A stretch of 64,000 nt of DNA, taken from the NCBI GenBank assembly GCA_032128115.1, contig JAQBHB010000022.1, positions 13,830 to 77,829 on the forward strand. Direction: 5' to 3'. Under the pieces are notes generated by a model, which was not told where the DNA came from, did not search any database, and saw nothing but the letters and a program-made list of their open reading frames with translations. The position numbers were made by a program, and so were the translations under genes. This stretch comes from Deltaproteobacteria bacterium (GTDB lineage Bacteria; Myxococcota_A; UBA9160; SMWR01). Below, one piece after another: positions 52,470 through 60,857 of the stretch. Positions within the stretch are counted from its first letter, which is position 1. Each line of letters opens with the position of its first letter.

Positions 52470-52703
52470 TTGAAGCATCTCATAGAGCTCATCGTTCATT
52501 CCCTGGTCGATAAGCCGGACGAGGTCCAGATCAAAGAAGTCATTGGCGACCATGCTCATGTTCTCGAGCTTCGCGTTGCCAAGGAAGATCTGGGAAAGGT
52601 CATCGGGAAGGGTGGGGCGCACGCGTCCGCCATCCGCACCTTGATGGCCGCAGCCAGTGGCAAGGAAAAGAAGCGTTACATCCTCGAGATCATCGAGTAT
52701 TAG
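52470..52703 (+). CDS. khpA: KH-domain RNA-binding protein KhpA (YlqC family)
   Basis: LVDKPDEV, DLGKVIGKGG (GxxG); SD GGAGG 52460-52464 then TTG. Confidence 0.9.
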   Translation: MKHLIELIVHSLVDKPDEVQIKEVIGDHAHVLELRVAKEDLGKVIGKGGAHASAIRTLMAAASGKEKKRYILEIIEY

Positions 52704-52716
52704 ACGCCGATCGTTC

Positions 52717-54537
52717 GTGGCCGCGCCTCCCGAATTCGACACCGAACTTACCGTCGGAGCCCAGCTCGAGGCTCGCGCGTCCCACCCGCAGGTCGCAGAC
52801 CGGGTGATCCTGTACGAGGGCGATCGCGCCTGGACGTGGCTTCGCTTCCGCAACGAGGCCGTGCGCACCTCTCACTTCCTGCTGCGGCGTCTCGGGCCCC
52901 TGGACGACGCGCGTCCGGGGCACGTGGCGATGCTGCTGGACAACCACATGGAGCTGCTGTCGCTCTATGCGGGCTGTGCGTACGCGGGCCTCACGCTATT
53001 TGGTGTCAACACGGGGCAGCGGGGAGACTCGCTCGCCGGTGTCCTCAACCAGTCCAGGGCCCGGGTGCTGGTGGTGGACGAGCGCCTGACTTCCGAGGTG
53101 GACGCCATCGCGCCCCAGCTCGAGCATCTGGCCCCGGAGAACATCCTGGTGGTGCCTAGCTCCCCCGGGGGCGCGGCGGGTGAGCGCGAGCTGAGCGAGC
53201 GGCTGACCGACGAGATCGGCAAGCCCGAGGCCTCGCGGGATGCTCCGGCTGTGGACGTGCGCCCGGATTCCAACCTGATGGTGATCTACACCTCGGGCAC
53301 CACCGGCCTTCCCAAGGGCATCAACAACAACCACATGAAGCTGCTGTTGATCGGGGCCACGGTGGCCGGTCGGCTGCAGCTTGGCATGGAAGATGTGGGC
53401 TACGCGTGCATGCCCCTGTTCCACTCGAACGCCATGTTCCTGGGCTTCCACCCGGCCTTCCACGTCGGCGGCAGCCTGGCGGTGCGCGATCGCTTCAGCG
53501 CGAGCGCCTTCGTCCCGGACCTGCTCCGCTACGGCGTCTCCTACTGGAACTACGTGGGAGAGCCGCTCCACTACATCCTGGCCGCCATCGAGAAGGAGCA
53601 CGGGCGCGACGAGGAGGCGATCGCGCGCCAGGTGACGAATCGCCCGGACAACCGGCTCCGATACGCCCTGGGCAATGGCGCGGCGCCCCCGGACATCGAC
53701 CGCTTCACACGCTGGCTGGGCCTTTCCGACATGTTCGAGCTCTACGGCTCTACCGAAGCTGCCATCAGCACCTTCCGCCAGAAGGGCGATCCCCGGGGCA
53801 GCGTGGGAGAGATCACCGACCCGCGGGTGACGGTCCTGGACGAACGCGGCGAGCCGTGCCCGCCCGCGCAGCTGGATGCGGATGGCGGCATCACCAACTA
53901 CGCCGAGACCGTGGGCGAGATCTGCCGGGTGGCGGAGGACACGGGTCTCTTCCAGGGCTACCACGGCAACCGCGAGGCCGATCAAAACAAGTACCGCGAC
54001 GGCGTCTACCACTCCGGCGATCTGGGCCACATCCTTGCGCGGGACGGCAAGCGCTACCTGTTCTTCGATGGCCGCACGGACGACTGGATCCGAAAGGACG
54101 GCGAGAACTTCTCGGCCGCCCAGGTGGCCCGACTGCTCATGGAGAACCCGGACGTGGAGCTGGCGGCGGCCTATGGCGTCCCCTGCGCCGTGTCGGACGA
54201 GCTGGTGATGGTGGCGCTCAAGCTGCGCGAGGCAGCCGTCTTCGATCCCCAGGCCTTCTTTGACCTCTGCGAAGACCTGGTGACCCGCGGTGGCATGGAC
54301 CGCAAGTGGGTCCCGGATTTCGTGCGGCTGGTGGAGGAGTTCGAGTACACCCAGACCCAGAAGATCCTGGTGCGGCACCTGAAGCAAGTGCACTTCGACC
54401 GCCGGCGCCTGCCCGATGCCCCCCTGTACTGGAGGCGCCGCGGAGATACGCGATTCCGGGACTTCACGGCCAATGACTACGAGGACCTGCGCCGCGAATT
54501 CGAAGCCAGCGAGCGCCTGGATCTGCTGGATCGCTGA
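52717..54537 (+). CDS. Acyl-CoA synthetase (FadD17/FadD1-like)
   Basis: YTSGTTGLPKG, MPLFHSNA, YGSTE, YHSGDLG, RKDGENF; start moved to GTG 52717. Confidence 0.9.
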   Translation: MAAPPEFDTELTVGAQLEARASHPQVADRVILYEGDRAWTWLRFRNEAVRTSHFLLRRLGPLDDARPGHVAMLLDNHMELLSLYAGCAYAGLTLFGVNTGQRGDSLAGVLNQSRARVLVVDERLTSEVDAIAPQLEHLAPENILVVPSSPGGAAGERELSERLTDEIGKPEASRDAPAVDVRPDSNLMVIYTSGTTGLPKGINNNHMKLLLIGATVAGRLQLGMEDVGYACMPLFHSNAMFLGFHPAFHVGGSLAVRDRFSASAFVPDLLRYGVSYWNYVGEPLHYILAAIEKEHGRDEEAIARQVTNRPDNRLRYALGNGAAPPDIDRFTRWLGLSDMFELYGSTEAAISTFRQKGDPRGSVGEITDPRVTVLDERGEPCPPAQLDADGGITNYAETVGEICRVAEDTGLFQGYHGNREADQNKYRDGVYHSGDLGHILARDGKRYLFFDGRTDDWIRKDGENFSAAQVARLLMENPDVELAAAYGVPCAVSDELVMVALKLREAAVFDPQAFFDLCEDLVTRGGMDRKWVPDFVRLVEEFEYTQTQKILVRHLKQVHFDRRRLPDAPLYWRRRGDTRFRDFTANDYEDLRREFEASERLDLLDR

Positions 54538-54689
54538 TCCGGCGCAGGGCCCGGCCAGACCCCATCTCGTATCCCGCAGTTACGAAACCGTACACGGTGG
54601 CGTGGATCACACTTTCTGCGCGCTTCTTGCAGGGGAGCGAGGCGCCTTGCGCGGCGGGAACTTGGGCGATGGCTTGCGCATTTCTCGTT

Positions 54690-54706
54690 TCGGCACGCCC
54701 CTTGCC
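54690..54706 (+). promoter_or_regulatory. Sigma54 (-24/-12) promoter upstream of TPR gene
   Basis: TCGGCACG-CCCC-TTGCC with GG-N10-GC spacing. Confidence 0.6.
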
Positions 54707-54764
54707 ATAGCTACCGGCAGCGCCGCCGAATGCTCGCGCGGCACAAGTTCGGAGCCCCCCATCA

Positions 54765-55238
54765 ATGGACACCCGCTTCAGTGCTGACGAACACTTCCGG
54801 CGCGGCCACGACGCGCTCCAGGAGGGCGACGCCGCCGGCGCCCTCGAGCACTTCCGTGCCGCGCACCGGCTCGATCCCCACAGCCCCCGCACCCGCTCGT
54901 TCTATGGTCTGTGCCTGGGGCTGGCCGAGCGCCGCTTCGACCGGGCGCTCGAGCTGTGCCGCTCTGCCGCCAAGGAGGAGTTCTTCAACCCCACCCTCTA
55001 CCGCAATCTGGCCCGGGTGCACCTGGCATTCGGCTTCAAGGCCGAGGGCATCCGCTACCTGCGACGGGGTCTGATGATCGATCCCGACGACGGCTCGATC
55101 CGCGAGGACGTGGAGGAACTGGGTCAGCGCCGGTCACCGGTGCTGGGCTTCCTACGCCGCCGCAATCCGCTGAATCGCCTGCTCGGGCGGGTGCGCTCGC
55201 GGGGCCGGGGCTCTCAGGCCAACCCCGCAGGTGCTTGA
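54765..55238 (+). CDS. Tetratricopeptide-repeat protein
   Basis: HFRAAHRLDP, LYRNLARVHL...GLMIDP helical repeats. Confidence 0.85.
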   Translation: MDTRFSADEHFRRGHDALQEGDAAGALEHFRAAHRLDPHSPRTRSFYGLCLGLAERRFDRALELCRSAAKEEFFNPTLYRNLARVHLAFGFKAEGIRYLRRGLMIDPDDGSIREDVEELGQRRSPVLGFLRRRNPLNRLLGRVRSRGRGSQANPAGA

Positions 55239-55311
55239 TGGAGCATTGACTTCGGACCCGCGAGCCAGTATTCGTCCGGGCTCCCGGCCGCCAGGGCGAT
55301 ACGAGGCACCC

Positions 55312-55404
55312 GTGGGTAGCGTCATCAAGAAGCGCCGCAAGAAGATGCGGAAGCACAAGAAGCGCAAGCTCCTGCGGCGCGCCCGACACAAGCGCAAGCG
55401 CTGA
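55312..55404 (+). CDS. 30S ribosomal protein bS22 (AURKAIP1/COX24-domain), 30 aa, absent from ORF track
   Basis: GTG start, MGSVIKKRRKKMRKHKKRKLLRRARHKRKR*, SD GAGG upstream. Confidence 0.88.
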   Translation: MGSVIKKRRKKMRKHKKRKLLRRARHKRKR

Positions 55405-55572
55405 TCCTCTTCCTTCCTGTCCCTTTCCATACGGTCGCCCCCCGACCGAGGGTCCCCGTGCGCGCGCGGATCGCGGTGGCTCGCGCTGCGTCGTCTTCCG
55501 CTGTTCGAGCGAAATCCGGTTCAGGGCCCGCAAGATCCGATTCCATCATCTTGATTTTTTTGGGTTTGTGCC

Positions 55573-55602
55573 TTGACGGGCCTGAAAAACCAGTGGTACG
55601 GT
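55573..55602 (+). promoter_or_regulatory. Sigma70-type promoter for histone-like gene
   Basis: TTGACG-N18-TACGGT with extended -10 TG and T-rich upstream tract. Confidence 0.55.
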
Positions 55603-55661
55603 GAGCCGCAAGAGTGGGCTCTAGTGCCGCGGATTCCGGACGAAACGGAGGCAAAATGCCT

Positions 55662-55688
55662 TCAAGTCACGCGTACCAGCCTCCGATA
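55662..55688 (+). promoter_or_regulatory. Sigma28-like promoter motif upstream of histone-like gene
   Basis: TCAAG-N15-TCCGATA. Confidence 0.5.
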
Positions 55689-55818
55689 GGGGGCGAGAAC
55701 ACGCCGGCAGTGCATGCAGTGGCGGATGTTGCAGTTCGAATGCGGAACCTGAAGCGGCTGTTTTCGAGGTAGGCACGGCCCCGGCGCATGAGTTCACAGC
55801 AAGGGGGGTAACCCAAGT

Positions 55819-56091
55819 ATGGCAGCACGACGACGCAAGAAGGCGACCGCCAAGAAGGCGACTCGCAAGAAGGCTCGCCGCAAGAAGGCGGGCGCCAAGA
55901 AGACGACACGCAAGAAGGCTCGCCGCAAGAAGAAGGCGGGCGCCAAGAAGAAGACACGCAAGAAGGCTCGGCGCAAGAAGGCCGGAGCCGCCAAGAAGAA
56001 GACGAGGCGACGGCGCAAGAAGAAGGCCGGAGGCACGAAGGCGACGGCCAAGAAGGCCACTCGCCGCCGCCGCCGCAAGAAGGCCAGCTAG
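55819..56091 (+). CDS. Lys/Arg/Ala-rich histone H1-like basic protein
   Basis: 90 aa of RKKARRKKAGAKK-type repeats without acidic residues; SD AAGGGGGG; terminator follows. Confidence 0.82.
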   Translation: MAARRRKKATAKKATRKKARRKKAGAKKTTRKKARRKKKAGAKKKTRKKARRKKAGAAKKKTRRRRKKKAGGTKATAKKATRRRRRKKAS

Positions 56092-56131
56092 GGGCCTGAG
56101 CAGCGCATCGGCCTTCTTCGAAGGTCCGAGG

Positions 56132-56169
56132 ACCCCGGCCGGCGTCCGCCGGCCGGGGTTTCCTTCTTC
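56132..56169 (+). terminator. Intrinsic terminator
   Basis: accccggccggcg-tc-cgccggccggggt perfect inverted repeat followed by ttccttctt. Confidence 0.75.
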
Positions 56170-56222
56170 AGGGGAGTGTTCTAGTCTCCTCTCCTTCCTC
56201 GACAGCCCAGATAGAGAGCCCG

Positions 56223-56435
56223 ATGGCGCGCATCACGATCGAAGACTGCACGGACAAGGTCCGAAACCGCTTTCATCTGGTGCAGATGGCCGCCATCCGC
56301 ACCAAGCAGCTCAAGAAGGGGGCCAAGCCCCTGGTCAAGAGCGAAGAAAACAAGGCTGTGGTGGTTGCGCTACGAGAAATCGCAGCCGGCTACATCAAGC
56401 CCGACTACCCGAGCGACGGACCCATCATCGAGTAG
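56223..56435 (+). CDS. rpoZ: RNA polymerase omega subunit
   Basis: [25 protein letters not shown]. Confidence 0.97.
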   Translation: MARITIEDCTDKVRNRFHLVQMAAIRTKQLKKGAKPLVKSEENKAVVVALREIAAGYIKPDYPSDGPIIE

Positions 56436-56454
56436 GCGCCGCAGGCGCCGGGTC

Positions 56455-57747
56455 TCAGACCGACTGCACCGGGATCTGGAAGCGGACGGTCGTCCCCACC
56501 CCCACCTCGCTCGACAGCGAGATCTCCCCATCCATCATGAGGACGAGGTCGCGCACCAGCGACAGCCCCAGCCCCGCGCCCCGGTAGCTGCGGGAGGCCA
56601 GTTCGTCCACCTGGAAGAACTCGTCGAAGACGTACTGCTGGTCATCGTGGCAGATGCCGATGCCCGTGTCCTCGATCTCGCAGACGAGACGGCCGTGCTC
56701 GACGCGCGCCGAGATGTTGATGCGGCCCCGCGGCGTGAATTTCGCCGCGTTGTCCAGCAACAGCAGCATCACCTGATTGAGCTTCGTCAGGTCGGTGCGC
56801 AGCTTGGCGAAGGGCTCGGACAGGCTGTAGGAGACGCTCACCTGGTTGTCGCCGATGATGTCCTGGACACTGTAGATGGCCTCGTCCACGAGCTCCTGGA
56901 AGTTCACGTCCTGGATCTCCAGGGGCAGCTCTCCCTGACGGATGCGCCACAGGTCCAGGATGTTCTGGAGCGTGCGCAGAAACGTCGTGCCGTCGTCCAG
57001 GGCCGATCGCAGCGCGGTGCGCCCAGTTTCGGAGAGGGCGTCGCTCTCGCCCGTCAGCACCGAGATGATCGCCTCGATGATGGCGTTGAGCGGTGTGCGC
57101 AGCTCACGCGACATCTTCTCGATGAAGTCGTTCTTGAGCTTCTCCACCTTGGTGAGCTTCTCGTTCGTGCGCAGAAGCTCGATGTCCTGGGCGAACAGGG
57201 CTTCGGACAGCTTCAACAGGTCGTCGCCGCCCTCCTCGTCGCGGTTCTCGCCCATACCCGCTCGCAGGGTCTCGATCTGCTCGGACAGGGCGTCGTAGGC
57301 CACGCGCAGGGCCAGGAACGGCGCCATGGCGGCGATGGCCTTGCGTTGCGCCGACTCCGGGATTTTCGGCCAGCCCACGGCCAGGGCGCCGTGGATGCGT
57401 CCCTCGTTGACGAGTGGATAGATCAGCACGCCGCCCGCTGCGCGCGCACCCAGGCTCTCGACGGCCTCGATCTGGCGGTCGCTGCCCGCGGCGATGGTGG
57501 CGCGCATCTGGGGCTCCACCCCCCGGGCCGCCTCGCGGGCAGTGGCCGGATCCTGGAAGCCTCCAGCCGCCCTCAGCCGCGCAGAGTCGGGAGCTTCGGG
57601 AGCACAGGTGTAGATCAGGGCGACGCCGCCGCCGGCTTCATGGGCGGCCTCGGCGGCCGTCCGGCGCAGGGTGGCGGCCAGCTTGGATTGCCGTTCTTCC
57701 GAGGCGTCCATGCGCCGGTTGGGTCGATTCTGGGATTCCGCGGCCAA
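56455..57747 (-). CDS. Cytoplasmic HisKA/HATPase sensor kinase-like protein lacking the phospho-accepting His
   Basis: H-box MSRELRTPLN; N (LLDNAAKFT), G1 (DTGIGI), F (FDEFFQ), G2 (GAGLGL) intact; N-terminal GAF-like region. Confidence 0.88.
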   Translation of the reverse strand: MAAESQNRPNRRMDASEERQSKLAATLRRTAAEAAHEAGGGVALIYTCAPEAPDSARLRAAGGFQDPATAREAARGVEPQMRATIAAGSDRQIEAVESLGARAAGGVLIYPLVNEGRIHGALAVGWPKIPESAQRKAIAAMAPFLALRVAYDALSEQIETLRAGMGENRDEEGGDDLLKLSEALFAQDIELLRTNEKLTKVEKLKNDFIEKMSRELRTPLNAIIEAIISVLTGESDALSETGRTALRSALDDGTTFLRTLQNILDLWRIRQGELPLEIQDVNFQELVDEAIYSVQDIIGDNQVSVSYSLSEPFAKLRTDLTKLNQVMLLLLDNAAKFTPRGRINISARVEHGRLVCEIEDTGIGICHDDQQYVFDEFFQVDELASRSYRGAGLGLSLVRDLVLMMDGEISLSSEVGVGTTVRFQIPVQSV

Positions 57748-57768
57748 TTTCGCGCGCCCTCCGCGGTT

Positions 57769-58914
57769 TTAGAAGCGCTCGTCCGATTCGATCTCGACCG
57801 GAGCGTCGGACTTCTCTTCCTCTTCCGCGGCCTCCACGGCGCCGCCTTCCATTGCGAGCTTGGTCTTGAAGTCGGCCGGGTTCGACGCTGCGCCGACGGC
57901 GGTTTCTACGGAGATCTTGTTCGCGCGCAACAGGTCCAGCAGATGCTGGTCAAAGGTCTGCATGATCTCGGAGCGTCCCCGGGCGATGAAGTCCGACATC
58001 TCGCCCGTCCTCGCCGGGTCCTTGATGCACTCCTGGATGCTTCGTGTGGCCTGCATCATCTCCACCGCCGGAACCCGATCCGTCTGCTTCTTGGTGGGCA
58101 GCAGGCGCAGCGAGACGATCGCCTTCAGGTTGTCCGCCAGGCGGGCCCGCACCTGGAGCTGCTCCTCGGGCGGGAAGAACGAGACCAGGCGGCTCACGGT
58201 GGAGGCCACGTCGCTGGTGTGGATCGACGAGTAGACCAGGTGGCCGGTCTCGGCGGCCTTGAGTGAGGTGTCCACCGTCTCGAGGTCGCGCATCTCGCCC
58301 ACCATGATCACGTCCGGGTCCTGGCGGAGTGCGGCGCGCAGGGCCTCCGGGAAACCGGCGGTGTCGGTGCCGATCTCGCGCTGGGTGATGATGCTCTTGT
58401 CGTGGGTGAACACGAATTCGATGGGGTCTTCGATGGTGACGATCTTGGCCTTGCGAGACTTGTTCACTTCCTCGATCAGCGTCGCCAGGGTGGTCGACTT
58501 GCCCATGCCGGTGGCACCGGTGACGAGCACGTATCCCCGCCGCAACTTCGCCAGATCGCGCAGGGAGCTCGGCAGGTTGAGGTCGTCGAAGGAGCGGATC
58601 TGGGGCGGAATCACCCGCAGGACGATGTTGAAACAGCGGCGCTGCTTGGAGATGTTGACCCGGAAGCGTCCCTCGTTGGGGAGCTCGTAGGCCAGGTCGA
58701 TCTCGTTGAAGTCGGCGCTCGTCTGGCGGGCGTCGCCTTCGAGCAGCATGTTCGCGATGGCTTCGGTGTCATTGGCGGTGAGGACCTTGTAACGGAGCTC
58801 GACCAGATCGCCGTGGAACCGATAGAGAGGCAGGTAGCCCACCTGGAAGTGGATGTCCGATGCGCCCTTCTCGATGCCGAGTCGAAGCAGGCGATGGAGC
58901 TTCTCGTGATCCAT
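57769..58914 (-). CDS. Type IV pilus PilT/PilU-family ATPase (paralogue)
   Basis: GASDIH, GATGMGKST, EDPIE, LRQDPDVIMVGEMRD, TGHLVYSSIH; AIRNLIRE position reads SIQECIKD. Confidence 0.93.
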   Translation of the reverse strand: MDHEKLHRLLRLGIEKGASDIHFQVGYLPLYRFHGDLVELRYKVLTANDTEAIANMLLEGDARQTSADFNEIDLAYELPNEGRFRVNISKQRRCFNIVLRVIPPQIRSFDDLNLPSSLRDLAKLRRGYVLVTGATGMGKSTTLATLIEEVNKSRKAKIVTIEDPIEFVFTHDKSIITQREIGTDTAGFPEALRAALRQDPDVIMVGEMRDLETVDTSLKAAETGHLVYSSIHTSDVASTVSRLVSFFPPEEQLQVRARLADNLKAIVSLRLLPTKKQTDRVPAVEMMQATRSIQECIKDPARTGEMSDFIARGRSEIMQTFDQHLLDLLRANKISVETAVGAASNPADFKTKLAMEGGAVEAAEEEEKSDAPVEIESDERF

Positions 58915-58966
58915 TTCCCCTCCACGCCCTGCGCGGATGGCCCGTGCAGCGAGCGCTGAGAGTGCG

Positions 58967-58992
58967 TATCGGCGATCGAGAGGGGGGCTTGA
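58967..58992 (-). promoter_or_regulatory. Sigma28-like promoter upstream of pilT paralogue
   Basis: TCAAG-N14-GCCGATA. Confidence 0.6.
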
Positions 58993-59123
58993 CCCGGATT
59001 CGCCATTCCAGAAGCGGGTTTCGCGGGGCGCTGGGAGGGTCGATGAGGGCTCGGCTACAGTCGTGCCCTGGTCGGGTGAGCGGCTGCCCGCGCAGGCCGG
59101 CCGGCAGCGAAGGGACCATAAGA

Positions 59124-59621
59124 TTGCAGCGACAACGGAGCCGGAGATCGCGCGTGGGAGGCCTGGGGCTTGTGCTGATCGCCACCGCCGGGGTGTCCTG
59201 GGCCGCGGACGACCCGCCCCCCAAGGTCGGGCTGGATCAGTTGCTGAAGCTTCCCAGTACCACCCCGATGGTGGAGGAGGCCCGGAAGGGCGGCCGCACC
59301 CGGGCCGACTGGCGGCTCCGCTTCGACACGGCGCAGGCAGCCCTGGCCGACCACGAGCAGGCTCTGCGCAAGGCCCGCGAGGAGCTGGAAGAACTGGTGG
59401 GCGAGCAGAGCAGCTGGCAGATGACCGCGCCCGGGCTTCCCGCCGGCTCCGCCGAGAACACCCCGGTGAGCTTCCAGCTTCGAGAGGAGATCCGGCGCGA
59501 GGAGGATGAGGTGGCCCGCGCCGAGCGCCGCCTGCGCGACCTCGAGGTGGAGGCGAGTCTGGCGGGTGTGCCTGGCGATTGGCTGGTGGTCATTGAACCG
59601 TCGCCGGCGCCGCCGCGCTGA
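59124..59621 (+). CDS. Hypothetical exported coiled-coil protein
   Basis: Signal peptide ending VSWA-ADD, two heptad stretches, C-terminal AGVPGDW; start uncertain (TTG 59124 or ATG 59043). Confidence 0.65.
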   Translation: MQRQRSRRSRVGGLGLVLIATAGVSWAADDPPPKVGLDQLLKLPSTTPMVEEARKGGRTRADWRLRFDTAQAALADHEQALRKAREELEELVGEQSSWQMTAPGLPAGSAENTPVSFQLREEIRREEDEVARAERRLRDLEVEASLAGVPGDWLVVIEPSPAPPR

Positions 59622-59633
59622 CGACCCGAGCGT

Positions 59634-60812
59634 TCACTCGCGACCGATCCAGGTTCGCGCCCGCGGCAGGAACACGAACGCGGGCAGGGCGTAGAGCGCC
59701 GTCAGTGCGAAGTAACCGGCGTAGCCCATCTGCTCCGTGAGCCAGCCCGACGGCATCGAGATCAGAGTCCCCGCCAGGGCGTAGAGGCCCGTGACCAGCG
59801 CGTACTGCACCGCGGCGTGTTCCTTCTGGCAGATCCGCATCAGGTACGACAGGAACGCGACCCCCACGAGTCCGCTGCAGAACGACTCGATGACCGAGGC
59901 GACGTAGACCCCGCTGCGACCCGACTCGGGCATCGCGGCGGCCGCCGCATAGACCCCGTTCGAGAGCATCGCCAACACGCCCATGAGCCACAGGGAGCGA
60001 CCGATGCCCAGGCGGGCCACCACGCCACCGCCCACCAGCGCCCCCGCCAGGCCCGCAACCACACCCACGAGCCCCTTGATGGCGCCGATCTCCTCGTCGG
60101 CGAAACCGCGATCCACCCAGAACGTCGCCACCATGGCGCCCATGGCCCGGTCGCAGACCCGGTAGAACAGGATGAACGCCAACACCGAGTACACGTGGGG
60201 ACGGTTGAGCCAGCGCTTCAGCGGCGCCAGCGTGTCGCGGCGGCTTTCGACGGGAACTGCGACGCGCGGGGCCGCGAACACGAGCACTGCCATGGCCGCG
60301 CTCAATCCCGCGGCCACCACGAAGGTGGCCGGCCAGTCGATCCAGCGCGGCAGAAACAACAGGGCACTGCCCGAAAGCGTCAGGCCGCCCCGGTAGGCCA
60401 TGAATTTCATGGAATTGACGGGGCCTTCTTCGCCGCGGTCGGTGAGTCCGATCGCGTAGGCGTCGATGGCGATGTCCTGGGTGGCGGACGCCACGCAGTA
60501 GCTTCCGAACAGCAGCCACAGCGCGATTCCCAGCTCGTGCAGATTCGAGGCCGCGATGGCCAGGAGGCTGGCCGCCATCACCACGAGGCAGGCCGCGATC
60601 CACTGGCGTCGTTCGCCGTAGCGATCGACGAAGGGCGACCAGAGGAACTTCACCGACCACGCCAGGTAGAGTCCGGTGAACAGGCCGATCTGGGTGAGGT
60701 CGATGCCGTAGCGCCGCAGGGCCACCGGCCAGACGTCCACATAGACGCCCATGGGAAAGCCCTCGATGACGTACACCAACGCGACGATGGCCAGCTTGCG
60801 GCCGAGTAACAC
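59634..60812 (-). CDS. AmpG-like MFS permease
   Basis: EGFPMG, WSVKFLWSPFVD, SATQDIAIDAY, AVQYAL; start GTG 60812 or 60818. Confidence 0.88.
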   Translation of the reverse strand: MLLGRKLAIVALVYVIEGFPMGVYVDVWPVALRRYGIDLTQIGLFTGLYLAWSVKFLWSPFVDRYGERRQWIAACLVVMAASLLAIAASNLHELGIALWLLFGSYCVASATQDIAIDAYAIGLTDRGEEGPVNSMKFMAYRGGLTLSGSALLFLPRWIDWPATFVVAAGLSAAMAVLVFAAPRVAVPVESRRDTLAPLKRWLNRPHVYSVLAFILFYRVCDRAMGAMVATFWVDRGFADEEIGAIKGLVGVVAGLAGALVGGGVVARLGIGRSLWLMGVLAMLSNGVYAAAAAMPESGRSGVYVASVIESFCSGLVGVAFLSYLMRICQKEHAAVQYALVTGLYALAGTLISMPSGWLTEQMGYAGYFALTALYALPAFVFLPRARTWIGRE

Positions 60813-60857
60813 CCCCACCCCCGGCGCGCAGTGTAGGGCAGGGGCTACGATCGCGCG

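Noticed and set aside
55656..55772. 38-aa ORF with GGAGG SD upstream of the histone-like gene
   Set aside because: Atypical codon usage, SD and ATG in a hairpin, overlaps a promoter motif; not called as CDS
55667..56078. Minus-strand ORFs 55794..56078 and 55667..55957
   Set aside because: Antisense of the Lys-rich gene; SD, promoters and terminator all support the plus strand
59019..59046. Additional sigma28-like site (GTCGATGA) before the coiled-coil gene
   Set aside because: No matching -35 element at 14-15 nt spacing
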